A stretch of DNA of 57,119 bases from a virus (Duplodnaviria > Caudoviricetes), in the IMG/VR virus record IMGVR_UViG_3300031840_000710, positions 1 to 57,119 of that record; one strand, 5' to 3'. Positions 7,790 to 16,443 of this stretch are shown in pieces. Numbering within the stretch: the stretch's first letter is position 1; the number at the start of each line of letters is the position of its first letter. The translations under genes and the position numbers were made by a program. Under the pieces are notes generated by a model, which had not been told where the DNA came from, searched no databases, and saw only the letters and a program-made list of their open reading frames with translations.

Positions 7790-10700
7790 TTAGATAGAAA
7801 CTTTTGCGTATCCGTCAACTTTGTCGATTTCTACGGTCATGTCAACTACATCCTTCAAAGCATCTAAGTGAGAGATAAGAATCACAGTTTTGAATTGATT
7901 CTTAACCATTTGGAGCAACCTTACAAACCCCTCCATATGCTCAGCGTCCAATGCTGTCGCGGGCTCATCCATCACAAAAATTTCCGATTTTGGCAAATTG
8001 GTTATTGCAATCATCGCTAGACGGATAGCCATTGAAGCAATTGTCTTTTCTGCTCCTGATCCCATAGATAATGGTCGCGGTGCATAGTTCGGATGTTTAA
8101 TTGAGATTTCAAGCTTATTGGCTGTGTTCTCAAAGAATACTTCAAACTCAACAATGTTAGCTAAGATCTTCGCAATCTCTTGATTGATAATCGGCAACTT
8201 CTGCTGAATGATCTCATATGAAATTCCATTGGGATGCATGCAAGTTGTGTAGATATCATAGGCACGATACTCGTTCATAACATCTTTATATTCGTTCTTC
8301 TCCTCATAGATGGAGCGAATCATTTCTTTTGTTGTTGCTTCTTCAATAAGATACTCTTTGGTAAGATCATCACACTTCTTAAGAAGAGATTTATTTTCTT
8401 TAATCTTATTCTCAACAGCTTTGCGTTCTCCGAACAATTGTTCTTTGTTCTCAATAGCTACACGATTATCTTCATAATCTTTTGCTTTTGCTTCCAACGC
8501 ATCAATTTCATTTGATAACAAAGAGATTGTTGCTTCGTTCTTACCAATTGACATCTTGCTTCTCTCAATGTTCAGACAAGCGGCGTCATATTCTTCGTTA
8601 AGTTCCTTAAACTTCTCAATGTTTCTTTCTATAGAATCAATTCCATAATCTTCAAACTTAAGCTTCGCAGCATCCAATGAGTCACCAAGATCAGCTAAAA
8701 GACTCATATTATGGGGCAATTCTTCTTTTGCTTTTTCTGCTTGTTTAACAAACTCATTATCACAACAAAAGCTACAGTTTGGATCATATTCGTGATCATG
8801 AAGCATTGAGGCTGTTTTGTCTAAATTCATGACAAGGGTTTTCTGTGCACGAAGCTGTCGGGCAAAGTCTTTCATAATTTCTTCTTGGGCTTTTGCTTCC
8901 TTTTTAAGCTGCTGAAGACGTTCTAAGTTATCATAGTCAAGCTCTTTCACGTGAATATCTAAATATTTGTCAAGCTTTTCTATGTTATCTTGAGAAGCAA
9001 GATTTTGAGAAAGCAGTTTGGTTTTTTTAACTCTCTTGAAGGCAATCTCCTTCTGAACGGCAAGGATGTCGATAATCTCCGCAGGAATTGCACTGATTGT
9101 TTCGTTAATGTCCGCAAGCTCAGCTTGATGCTTTTCAATTGAACATGTGTAAAGATTACATTTGTCTATTTGTTCATCAATGTCGCGCTGAATATCTTGA
9201 AGAAGATCATTCTTTTTCATTATTTGCTCTTCAAACTTCTTGCTTTCCATTCGCTTAATAACTCCACGAAGGTCAGCAGCGTCTTTACGAGCCAACTTAT
9301 ACTTCTGGTCGAAGATTTGTAAGTCCAAAAATTTCGCTATAATCTCTTTTCTCTTGGTAGAGCCTTCTCTGAGGAAAGACATGGAGTCCATTTGAGAAGC
9401 CATAGAAGTTAAAAGGAAGTCGTCAATCGTTCCAAAGTGCTTACGAATGTTTGCATCAGTCTCATTACGAGTTGTGCCGTTTTTACTCTCTAAAACTCCG
9501 CCTGTTGTTTTAGTAAAGTCAAGGTCCACCTTCGCTTCATAAGTCTCTTTACCTTTCAATTTCTTAGTGTATTTGTTAAGATTTCGGGTAATCTCAAAAG
9601 AGTCATGTCCAGCTTCTAATTTTATCTTGCATTTTGCGAAGTCTTTGTTTTGGTTGATGATGTGGACGTTTTTTCGCTCTCCTTTAGAAGTCGTGTTAAA
9701 AAGATTATATAACACACTGTCGATAATAGAAGACTTTCCTGAATAATTCTTACCGAAGATTCCGACAAGTCCGGATAGCTTTTCAAAATTAACTTTATTC
9801 TTTTCACCGTAGTTGAAGAGGTTATCCCACTGAATCTCTTTAATTTTCCAAATAACATTTCGTGATATCTCCTCTGTCTCTTCGACTGTTTGATTATATT
9901 TTTTATTTAACTCAAGAATCTTAGCCATAACCTCGTCGGTCATGTCAAGGTCTTTGCAGTATTCTCGGATATACTTCTCTTGGATTGTTATATCTCGCAG
10001 GTTTTCTGCACCAACAGCTTTACCCAAGAGAGAAGTTGTGGAAGAATTTGTCGTGCCGTTGTTAACAAAAGACACAGAATATGGACTCCACTTCTTTTGA
10101 CAGTAGTCACACGCAGCTTTCAATTTCATTGGAGAAATATTAGCAGACGCACGAATCCTAAGACGGCACCCTTTGGGCACAATAGTGTTGGGAACTTGTC
10201 CAGTTGATGTAAGGTCAATCGTAATGAATGGTCGTGGATTTGCAATTGAAATGTGCTGACAATCCCAATCAAACTTGTCACGAATGTTCCACATAAGGAA
10301 GCCTTTGTTGATAGATTCTCCGAAGTTTTGTTGAACTGTGGAGCCTGCGTATCTCACTCTTCCTTTGAGATCCATCTTTTGTTGCTTGTGAATATCACCA
10401 AGCAAAGCAAAGTCAAAATCTTTAAAAATATCCAAAGAGTCTTCGCCCTCTTGAATAACGAACCCTTGTGAAGTTTGACATCCATGAATAGAGCCATGAT
10501 AAAGAGCGATGTTAATAGAGTCTCCATCAGTCGGCTTAATCCAATTTTCTCTATCAAAGACCGATAGAACGTTGAGAGTGATTTCATCATTTACTTTTGT
10601 CTCTCCGGAGTTTTTAAGTAGAATTATATTATTGTGTTCAAGAGCATCTATAATAGGTGTGATTGCATCTTGTCTTGTATCATTCTTTAGGTTACCGTCG

Positions 10701-10939
10701 TGGTTTCCTAATATAATATAAGTAGGAGCGATGTCGCCAAGATTCTGCAAAAAACTTGCGCACATTTGGAAAAACTCGGGTGATAATTGAGTTTTAGTGT
10801 GAGCTATGTCTCCTGTGTGTACAATAATGTCCGGAGACATTTGTCGTAATTTTCTGTAAAGATCATCAAATGCGATCTTATACTCGTAGTGATATTTCAA
10901 GTTACGAATATGCGTGTCTGATATATGTGCTATTTTCAT
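7790..10939 (-). CDS. Fused SbcD-SbcC (Mre11 nuclease + Rad50 ATPase; T4 gp47+gp46 equivalent)
   Basis: Metallophosphoesterase motifs HISDTH, HTGD, GNHD, LGDIH, YAGS; then Walker A GKNYSGKSS, long coiled coil with CSFC zinc hook, signature MGSGAE, Walker B/D-loop VMDEPATALD and ISH. Confidence 0.93.
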   Translation of the reverse strand: MKIAHISDTHIRNLKYHYEYKIAFDDLYRKLRQMSPDIIVHTGDIAHTKTQLSPEFFQMCASFLQNLGDIAPTYIILGNHDGNLKNDTRQDAITPIIDALEHNNIILLKNSGETKVNDEITLNVLSVFDRENWIKPTDGDSINIALYHGSIHGCQTSQGFVIQEGEDSLDIFKDFDFALLGDIHKQQKMDLKGRVRYAGSTVQQNFGESINKGFLMWNIRDKFDWDCQHISIANPRPFITIDLTSTGQVPNTIVPKGCRLRIRASANISPMKLKAACDYCQKKWSPYSVSFVNNGTTNSSTTSLLGKAVGAENLRDITIQEKYIREYCKDLDMTDEVMAKILELNKKYNQTVEETEEISRNVIWKIKEIQWDNLFNYGEKNKVNFEKLSGLVGIFGKNYSGKSSIIDSVLYNLFNTTSKGERKNVHIINQNKDFAKCKIKLEAGHDSFEITRNLNKYTKKLKGKETYEAKVDLDFTKTTGGVLESKNGTTRNETDANIRKHFGTIDDFLLTSMASQMDSMSFLREGSTKRKEIIAKFLDLQIFDQKYKLARKDAADLRGVIKRMESKKFEEQIMKKNDLLQDIQRDIDEQIDKCNLYTCSIEKHQAELADINETISAIPAEIIDILAVQKEIAFKRVKKTKLLSQNLASQDNIEKLDKYLDIHVKELDYDNLERLQQLKKEAKAQEEIMKDFARQLRAQKTLVMNLDKTASMLHDHEYDPNCSFCCDNEFVKQAEKAKEELPHNMSLLADLGDSLDAAKLKFEDYGIDSIERNIEKFKELNEEYDAACLNIERSKMSIGKNEATISLLSNEIDALEAKAKDYEDNRVAIENKEQLFGERKAVENKIKENKSLLKKCDDLTKEYLIEEATTKEMIRSIYEEKNEYKDVMNEYRAYDIYTTCMHPNGISYEIIQQKLPIINQEIAKILANIVEFEVFFENTANKLEISIKHPNYAPRPLSMGSGAEKTIASMAIRLAMIAITNLPKSEIFVMDEPATALDAEHMEGFVRLLQMVKNQFKTVILISHLDALKDVVDMTVEIDKVDGYAKVSI

Positions 10940-10967
10940 ATTTCCTCCTCATGATTAGCATATTATT

Positions 10968-10995
10968 AATATAACATATCCTCCGGGTTTGTCAA
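10968..10995 (-). promoter_or_regulatory. Sigma70-type promoter for sbcD-sbcC
   Basis: TTGACA-16 nt-TATATT with TGn extension; SD GAGGAGG before ATG. Confidence 0.85.
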
Positions 10996-11041
10996 GTATT
11001 TTCTTCTATTTATTAAGATACAGGACTTGGGAGGGTTTAAT

Positions 11042-11212
11042 GTGGAATTTATTATTATTGGTATGTGTATTGTTGTAGTCTTTACTGGCTATGAGCTGTT
11101 TGAGGGCATCTTTGCCAGTGGCGCTTTTAACGGAGATGATGAAGAGATTTTTGCTCCAATTGCGGTCTTTTCTCTTCTTGCTTTTGTTGCCGGTCTTTCA
11201 TATTTTGGATAA
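11042..11212 (+). CDS. Small two-TM membrane protein (56 aa), only credible plus-strand gene
   Basis: Fills an otherwise empty gap. GGAGG lies 7 nt before GTG at 11042, with TCTATTTA motif upstream (11005-11012). Two hydrophobic segments flank an acidic loop. Confidence 0.7.
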   Translation: MEFIIIGMCIVVVFTGYELFEGIFASGAFNGDDEEIFAPIAVFSLLAFVAGLSYFG

Positions 11213-12133
11213 TTGGTTATAAAAGTTTATTTCATCAAGATCTGGTTCGGTGGCCTGAGACATTCTAGAAAGAAACTGTTCTCTGGTCATTGAACCTACG
11301 TCTTCTACATTTGCTGTATCAATGACTTTGATATCAACATCATATCTGAAAAGAGTCTTAATCATAAAGTCTTGTTTCTTTTTGGCGTCCTCATCTAATG
11401 CTAGATAGACCGGCGAGTCGTTGAGGACGATGCCTTGAAACAGTTTGCTTTCTTCTCGCAATGTTGATCCAAGGATTGGAATGGCGTTCTGTCCGGCTAT
11501 TATTGCATCAAACAAGCCCTCAACTAAAATAATTGGCTCATCCCAATCAACAAACAGCTCATTGAACACAACATTTTTACTGATTGGTGGATTGAGATAC
11601 TTCATTCTGTGGCCTACGAAAGATCTTGCGATGAAGTAATTGAGATTGCCGGCATTGTTAAACGATGGAACAATAATTCTTCCGCTATACCTTCCTTCCG
11701 TGCAGTAGCCGATCTTCCACATCAAAATCTCTTTCTTGGTTATTCCTCTATCATATAAATAATCTAAAGGTCTCTGGGAAGAAATCGGAAGGTGTTTGTT
11801 GCACAGCGACACAAAACTCGGTGGAAGCTCGGTGACTTGTTCAATCTCCTCATCATTCATCTCCATAAACATCTTATCGAATTCTGATAGATCCAAACGA
11901 CCATCAAGCTCAAGCCATTTCTGCTTCTGTTGGTAGGTTCCAAACTTGCGAACAAGTCTGTAGATGTTCTTGCCTCTTGTGTCACAAACCCAACACTTAA
12001 ATGCATTGATGCCGAAATTCACCGACATCTTCTTTTTATGATGGCCGCAAAATGGACAAGCAAACAAAAACTCACTTGATGATTGGCGATAGCCTCCGAG
12101 AATATCTCTTATAATTCTTAATTTTTCTTCCAT
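11198..12133 (-). CDS. DNA primase (Zn-binding + TOPRIM; gp61/DnaG-like)
   Basis: CPFC...H...CWVC zinc domain, GRIIVP, ILVEGLFDA, LALDEDA; start moved to MEEKL (SD GAGGGGAG, downstream of promoter). Confidence 0.92.
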   Translation of the reverse strand: MEEKLRIIRDILGGYRQSSSEFLFACPFCGHHKKKMSVNFGINAFKCWVCDTRGKNIYRLVRKFGTYQQKQKWLELDGRLDLSEFDKMFMEMNDEEIEQVTELPPSFVSLCNKHLPISSQRPLDYLYDRGITKKEILMWKIGYCTEGRYSGRIIVPSFNNAGNLNYFIARSFVGHRMKYLNPPISKNVVFNELFVDWDEPIILVEGLFDAIIAGQNAIPILGSTLREESKLFQGIVLNDSPVYLALDEDAKKKQDFMIKTLFRYDVDIKVIDTANVEDVGSMTREQFLSRMSQATEPDLDEINFYNQLSKI

Positions 12134-12152
12134 GTTTTCTCCCCTCATTTAC

Positions 12153-12180
12153 AATATAACATGCGAGGAGATTTTGTCAA
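12153..12180 (-). promoter_or_regulatory. Sigma70-type promoter for primase
   Basis: TTGACA-16 nt-TATATT with TGn; the -35 box contains the TGA stop of the upstream gene. Confidence 0.85.
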
Positions 12181-13010
12181 GTTTTTTCTTTATAACTTTT
12201 AAACACTTGAAGCGTCTTCTTTGCATATTCAAAGCGTTTGATGGTACTGATTAGGGATTCTGCTACCCAACTTGCTGCTTGGAAAATTTTATATGCAATC
12301 GCCATCCACCCTAAAGCGCCAGATGAAGCAGCAAAAGCGGCTTTTCCGTAAAGTTGTGCTGCTAAATTTGGAAATGTATTGGTAAAATAATTTTGTATCT
12401 TATTAAAGATTTCAGGCTTTACGTTTTCTATAAATTTACTGATGGGATTAGCAGCATCAATTTTTTTACCAACTATTTCTCCTATGGCGCCCTCTGCATA
12501 ACTCCATAATAGAGTTATGCCTATATAAGAAACTGCCGCCTTCCAACCAGATAAAGAAATGGCTTCTTCAATTTTCGTTTGTATATCTTCTATTTTTGTC
12601 GCAAACTTATCCATGTTTAAATCTTTTAGTTTTTTTATAAAAGATTTAAGCGTTTTCTTAATTGGTCTGATTCCCTTTTTCTTGATAGCCTGTATAAATA
12701 CGCCGATTTCTTTTGGATTTGTGACAACGCTCCAAATAGTTTTAAACAGATCTCCAAGATCTCCAAATTTCTTAAAAGCTTCTTCTTTAAAAGATTCTAT
12801 TTTATCGCCAACAAAATTTGCTATTTTACTAAAAAAGTTCTCCAACAATAATTGTTCTTGCAAGATATCTTTTCTTAAACTTTCTGATATGAAGTATTTA
12901 CCCTCTACTAAGGGAATTTTTATACCTAAAACATTTTGAGCATATAATGGATCTAGAGGATCTGTAGATCTTCTCCAGTTTTCCATTATTAACTTCATGT
13001 CATTTTTCAT
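12177..13010 (-). CDS. Hypothetical helical protein with MKLIMENWRR N-terminal tag
   Basis: 277 aa (alternative start 12998); amphipathic and hydrophobic helices in the C-terminal half. Confidence 0.75.
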   Translation of the reverse strand: MKNDMKLIMENWRRSTDPLDPLYAQNVLGIKIPLVEGKYFISESLRKDILQEQLLLENFFSKIANFVGDKIESFKEEAFKKFGDLGDLFKTIWSVVTNPKEIGVFIQAIKKKGIRPIKKTLKSFIKKLKDLNMDKFATKIEDIQTKIEEAISLSGWKAAVSYIGITLLWSYAEGAIGEIVGKKIDAANPISKFIENVKPEIFNKIQNYFTNTFPNLAAQLYGKAAFAASSGALGWMAIAYKIFQAASWVAESLISTIKRFEYAKKTLQVFKSYKEKT

Positions 13011-13518
13011 TTAGTAATTCCATTCCTGCTAATGCAATGACAACTGCATCCGCTTTGTCATCTGTTCCCGGACGAGGATTACCATAATTAGTGTATTCAA
13101 CAATAAAATCTTTTGGATAATTCTTCTCTACCCATTCAATAACTCTTTTCTTTGTGTTCTCGCCACGTTTGATTTTGAGACCAACTGACTTTCTTGCTTT
13201 GTTTGCTGGAATAAGAACTGGGTTTTGTTTGAAGACTCTCTTAACAGCAAAAGAGCACATACCATTGAACCTCTGAAGTTTAGCCATTGTACCAGCAGTA
13301 GTTCTACCACCACCGAACATTGAAAAAGGCTCTTCAATGAATATCTCTTTAATTTCATATTTATTCTTTAATGTAATCATAAACAAATAGAATATCTCTG
13401 CTCTATCTTCTAAAGCTAAAGGTTTTAACTTCATTACATCACATTCAATTAATTTCTTATTATTATCTATAATTGAATAACCTATTTTGCTTGTACTTAA
13501 ATCTAAACCTAATATCAT
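13000..13518 (-). CDS. RuvC-like Holliday junction resolvase
   Basis: MILGLDLST (first catalytic D), IFIEEP, and DDKADAVVIA; start moved to 13518 (SD AGGAG). Confidence 0.85.
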   Translation of the reverse strand: MILGLDLSTSKIGYSIIDNNKKLIECDVMKLKPLALEDRAEIFYLFMITLKNKYEIKEIFIEEPFSMFGGGRTTAGTMAKLQRFNGMCSFAVKRVFKQNPVLIPANKARKSVGLKIKRGENTKKRVIEWVEKNYPKDFIVEYTNYGNPRPGTDDKADAVVIALAGMELLNEK

Positions 13519-13535
13519 ATAAACTCCTATTATAT

Positions 13536-13564
13536 AATATAACATGTTCTCAGCAAGTTGTCAA
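13536..13564 (-). promoter_or_regulatory. Sigma70-type promoter for RuvC-like gene
   Basis: TTGACA-17 nt-TATATT with TGn. Confidence 0.85.
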
Positions 13565-13586
13565 GTAAATATTACTATTTTTTACT

Positions 13587-14147
13587 TTATCTTGCAAGAC
13601 CAGCAGTGGTTTTAACCATTTCCTGCTGTGCTTTGTCTAGACTCATAAACAGTGGATTTTCCAGAACAGTTTTGGCCATTTGTATAGCACTATCAGGATT
13701 CTGTGTGTCAAGCGCTGTTTGCATTTGGGCTAATTGCATTTTTATGTTTCCACCTTTCATTGTTTTAGAACCAGCTTTTGGGCTTTTAGTCTTGGATTTT
13801 GCTCCGGATGCTACTGCGGCTATTTGCTGAGTGCCTAATCTAAAATCAGATGAACTATACTTATTGTCCGCATCAACTATTCCGGACTCTATGTCTGCTT
13901 TCATAACTTTCAGCATACTTTGTGGGAACTCTCCGTCTAAATTTCCATCTCTATCATAATCAAGGGTTTGTTCTAAAGAATTTGGCGTAAATGTGCTACC
14001 ATCAATTGTAATAGTTTCAGCACCACCGGCAAATAAAAAGGCTAAGGCTGCAGCCATTGCACCTTCGTCAAGTTGTTCTTTTTCATTCATAACATTTTGT
14101 AATTCTTCTTTAATAAGTCGTCTTATTTGTTGTGTTGTGATTTTCAT
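13587..14147 (-). CDS. Hypothetical protein with MKITTQQIRRLIKEEL N-terminal tag (possible internal virion protein)
   Basis: SD AGAGG, upstream ACTATTTA motif; hydrophobic patch after LDEG; DYDRDG motif. Confidence 0.75.
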   Translation of the reverse strand: MKITTQQIRRLIKEELQNVMNEKEQLDEGAMAAALAFLFAGGAETITIDGSTFTPNSLEQTLDYDRDGNLDGEFPQSMLKVMKADIESGIVDADNKYSSSDFRLGTQQIAAVASGAKSKTKSPKAGSKTMKGGNIKMQLAQMQTALDTQNPDSAIQMAKTVLENPLFMSLDKAQQEMVKTTAGLAR

Positions 14148-14166
14148 TTTAATTCCTCTTTTGTTT

Positions 14167-14174
14167 TAAATAGT
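14167..14174 (-). promoter_or_regulatory. Putative late promoter ACTATTTA
   Basis: Octamer recurs in short intergenic gaps; 19 nt upstream of ATG. Confidence 0.65.
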
Positions 14175-15320
14175 TTATATATCAAGCTTCAACTTAAATG
14201 TATATTGTTTCTCTTCAGTCTTGCGAACAGGAGTTGCAACTTTTGCTATTCCAATTAAATTCTTGTCTTCATCATAAAGAGCAATCTTGGATATATAAGT
14301 TGTTTTAACAAAGTCAGGCTCAACATCTAGGAACTGCGAATGAACAACATTCTTTATTTTCTTTGGTTGTTCCATATATTGAATTGAGCCGGTTGAAACC
14401 CCTTGGGTCTCAGAAGCATCTAGGTAAGTTGGATTGTTAGAGTGATTAAGTTCTCCATAAGGAGCTGTTGCAAACATCGTCATTGTTTGTGTATGTGTGG
14501 TGCCCTGATAGTCTATCGCAAATGAAGCAGAGAGAGTTGTGAGTGTCGGAGAATTACCATCGTTTGCTCCATAGTTAAAATGAATCCACTTGGATGGACC
14601 GTTTGCGTCTGTCTGTATGGTTTCTGCGTTGAGATTCCAAGATCCTGTGAGAAGAAGAAATCCTTCTCTATATAAAGCTACACCAGCAACAGAACCAGAA
14701 CCAGTAGAACCTTCCGGTCCAACTTGAACCAATTCACCGTTATAGTTCTTATCTTGTAGTTCTCCGACCAATGTCCCTGTGACATAATATTTTAATGAGA
14801 TTGTGCCTTTCTTTATCTTTGATCCATAAAAGATTGATGGTATAGAGATCAAATTTATTGTTTGAGAAGACTTGTCTCCAAAAGAAGATGAATATTGATA
14901 ATGTGGAGACAAATAATTGTAATGATTTAAAGTATTCTGCAGTGCATTAATTCTAGTTCTTGTTGCTGTGCTATAATAATCTCGTGATATACTTGCCGAA
15001 AGGCTGTATGATCCAGTGGATGTTTCACCAAACAACAACGTTGCATTATACAATTGCTTTGATATAGTTTTGAGTGTATCTCTATGTCCATCTTTAATTA
15101 TAAAGGGATATATAAGATTACCCGCTGGGCGATCTATATTGTATTCATAGAGTGAAACGAACCCTTTAGGTACGCCAAGATTGTTAACTGTATTTGCACC
15201 GGATAAATGAGGCATATCGTTTATATAGATAGATCCACTTTGCGTATAAAACCTATATTGTGGATATGCTTCTATTGTATTGGTGAAGAGATCGTCTTCG
15301 TCAAACTTGTAAAATGACAT
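14175..15320 (-). CDS. Virion structural protein (tail/baseplate), paralog of 15330..16433
   Basis: Shared IKKGT, N(H/Y)S(N/T)NPTY and C-terminal YISKIALYDEDKNLIGIAK...KLKLDI motifs. Confidence 0.7.
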   Translation of the reverse strand: MSFYKFDEDDLFTNTIEAYPQYRFYTQSGSIYINDMPHLSGANTVNNLGVPKGFVSLYEYNIDRPAGNLIYPFIIKDGHRDTLKTISKQLYNATLLFGETSTGSYSLSASISRDYYSTATRTRINALQNTLNHYNYLSPHYQYSSSFGDKSSQTINLISIPSIFYGSKIKKGTISLKYYVTGTLVGELQDKNYNGELVQVGPEGSTGSGSVAGVALYREGFLLLTGSWNLNAETIQTDANGPSKWIHFNYGANDGNSPTLTTLSASFAIDYQGTTHTQTMTMFATAPYGELNHSNNPTYLDASETQGVSTGSIQYMEQPKKIKNVVHSQFLDVEPDFVKTTYISKIALYDEDKNLIGIAKVATPVRKTEEKQYTFKLKLDI

Positions 15321-15329
15321 GACTTCCTC

Positions 15330-16433
15330 CTAGTAGTCTAGGCGGACTCTGATAGTGAACTCTGTATCTGAGGATTTCTTAAGTGGCTCACTAAGCTTTG
15401 CAGTTGCTAATAGCTCATTATTATCATTATAAAGTCCAACAGAAGTAATATAAGAAACAGGAAGATCAGAAGATTGAGTTTTCACTCGGATCTTACTTCC
15501 GGAAAGGTAAGTTGGGTTTGTTGAATAATTGTATTCGTTGTGATTGATACGACAGAAGTATACAGAAGAATTAAGCTCAACTGTGTTGTTGAATTGTACA
15601 TTGTAAATTCTATTTCTCAATGAATCAGCTATAACTTCGTTTGTGGAACCGGTTACAATGTCAAGTCCGCTGTATCCACCGGCTGATAGAAGTCTGGTGG
15701 AGTCGGTGTTTGTAGTATTTAAGATACCACCCTTCGCAGCATCATGAAAAACTGATCCTGAAATTACAGCAACTCCGGCTTGATAAAATAAAAGCCCTAC
15801 AGCATAATATTGATTAGCAGCTAAAACAGCATTGCTACCAAAACTTTGAGTGGCATATAGAACCCCATATTCCCCAACTGGTGAATTAACCAAATAACCA
15901 TTAGATCCACTAAGATCTGTTAATTTGATTCGTCTAGTGAAAACTACACCAGCCTGATCATAGTCACTGTTCACTCCTAGTTCCAGTTCAAAAGTGCCTT
16001 TTTTGATTTCGTCTTTAATCAATAGACGAGAAAAATTCATAAAGAACACATTGTCCAGTTTTGCACCACCGGCAAGAATGTTTCCGTCTTGGTCAAAGCG
16101 TTGTATAGAGCCGGTGTGATCATATCCAGCGAGAACCTGTGCCATTTGATTATAAATATTTAATTTTTTGGATTTTTGACTTGTAACGCTAGAGTAGAGA
16201 CCAGATTGAGCACTAACACCAACTGTTAAATCAAAAATATGATTTGCAGAGGAACTTAGATAAGGATAATCATATACCGATTGAAACATGCCGTGAGCAT
16301 AATTCTTGATATTGTTATCTGAATATGTTCCGGATACAATTGTACCGGTCAAAGGAATCGCTTCATGAAGAAGTGTCCTTGTGTTTGCGACATCCTTTCC
16401 GATGTCTAGTGATTTGTAAAAACTTTCAGCCAT
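15330..16433 (-). CDS. Virion structural protein (tail/baseplate), paralog of 14175..15320
   Basis: C-terminal YITSVGLYNDNNELLATAKLSEPLKK...RVRLDY; start moved to MAESF to remove overlap. Confidence 0.7.
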   Translation of the reverse strand: MAESFYKSLDIGKDVANTRTLLHEAIPLTGTIVSGTYSDNNIKNYAHGMFQSVYDYPYLSSSANHIFDLTVGVSAQSGLYSSVTSQKSKKLNIYNQMAQVLAGYDHTGSIQRFDQDGNILAGGAKLDNVFFMNFSRLLIKDEIKKGTFELELGVNSDYDQAGVVFTRRIKLTDLSGSNGYLVNSPVGEYGVLYATQSFGSNAVLAANQYYAVGLLFYQAGVAVISGSVFHDAAKGGILNTTNTDSTRLLSAGGYSGLDIVTGSTNEVIADSLRNRIYNVQFNNTVELNSSVYFCRINHNEYNYSTNPTYLSGSKIRVKTQSSDLPVSYITSVGLYNDNNELLATAKLSEPLKKSSDTEFTIRVRLDY

Positions 16434-16443
16434 TATTTTCTCT

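Noticed and set aside
3493-12133. Inteins or introns in terminase, SbcCD or primase
   Set aside because: Lengths and motif spacing are normal; no intein-like or homing endonuclease motifs were seen.
13000-13518. RuvC domain as TnpB/Cas12 or transposase
   Set aside because: Only about 172 aa, with no zinc finger/REC region and no flanking IS ends or ncRNA space; it fits a stand-alone resolvase.
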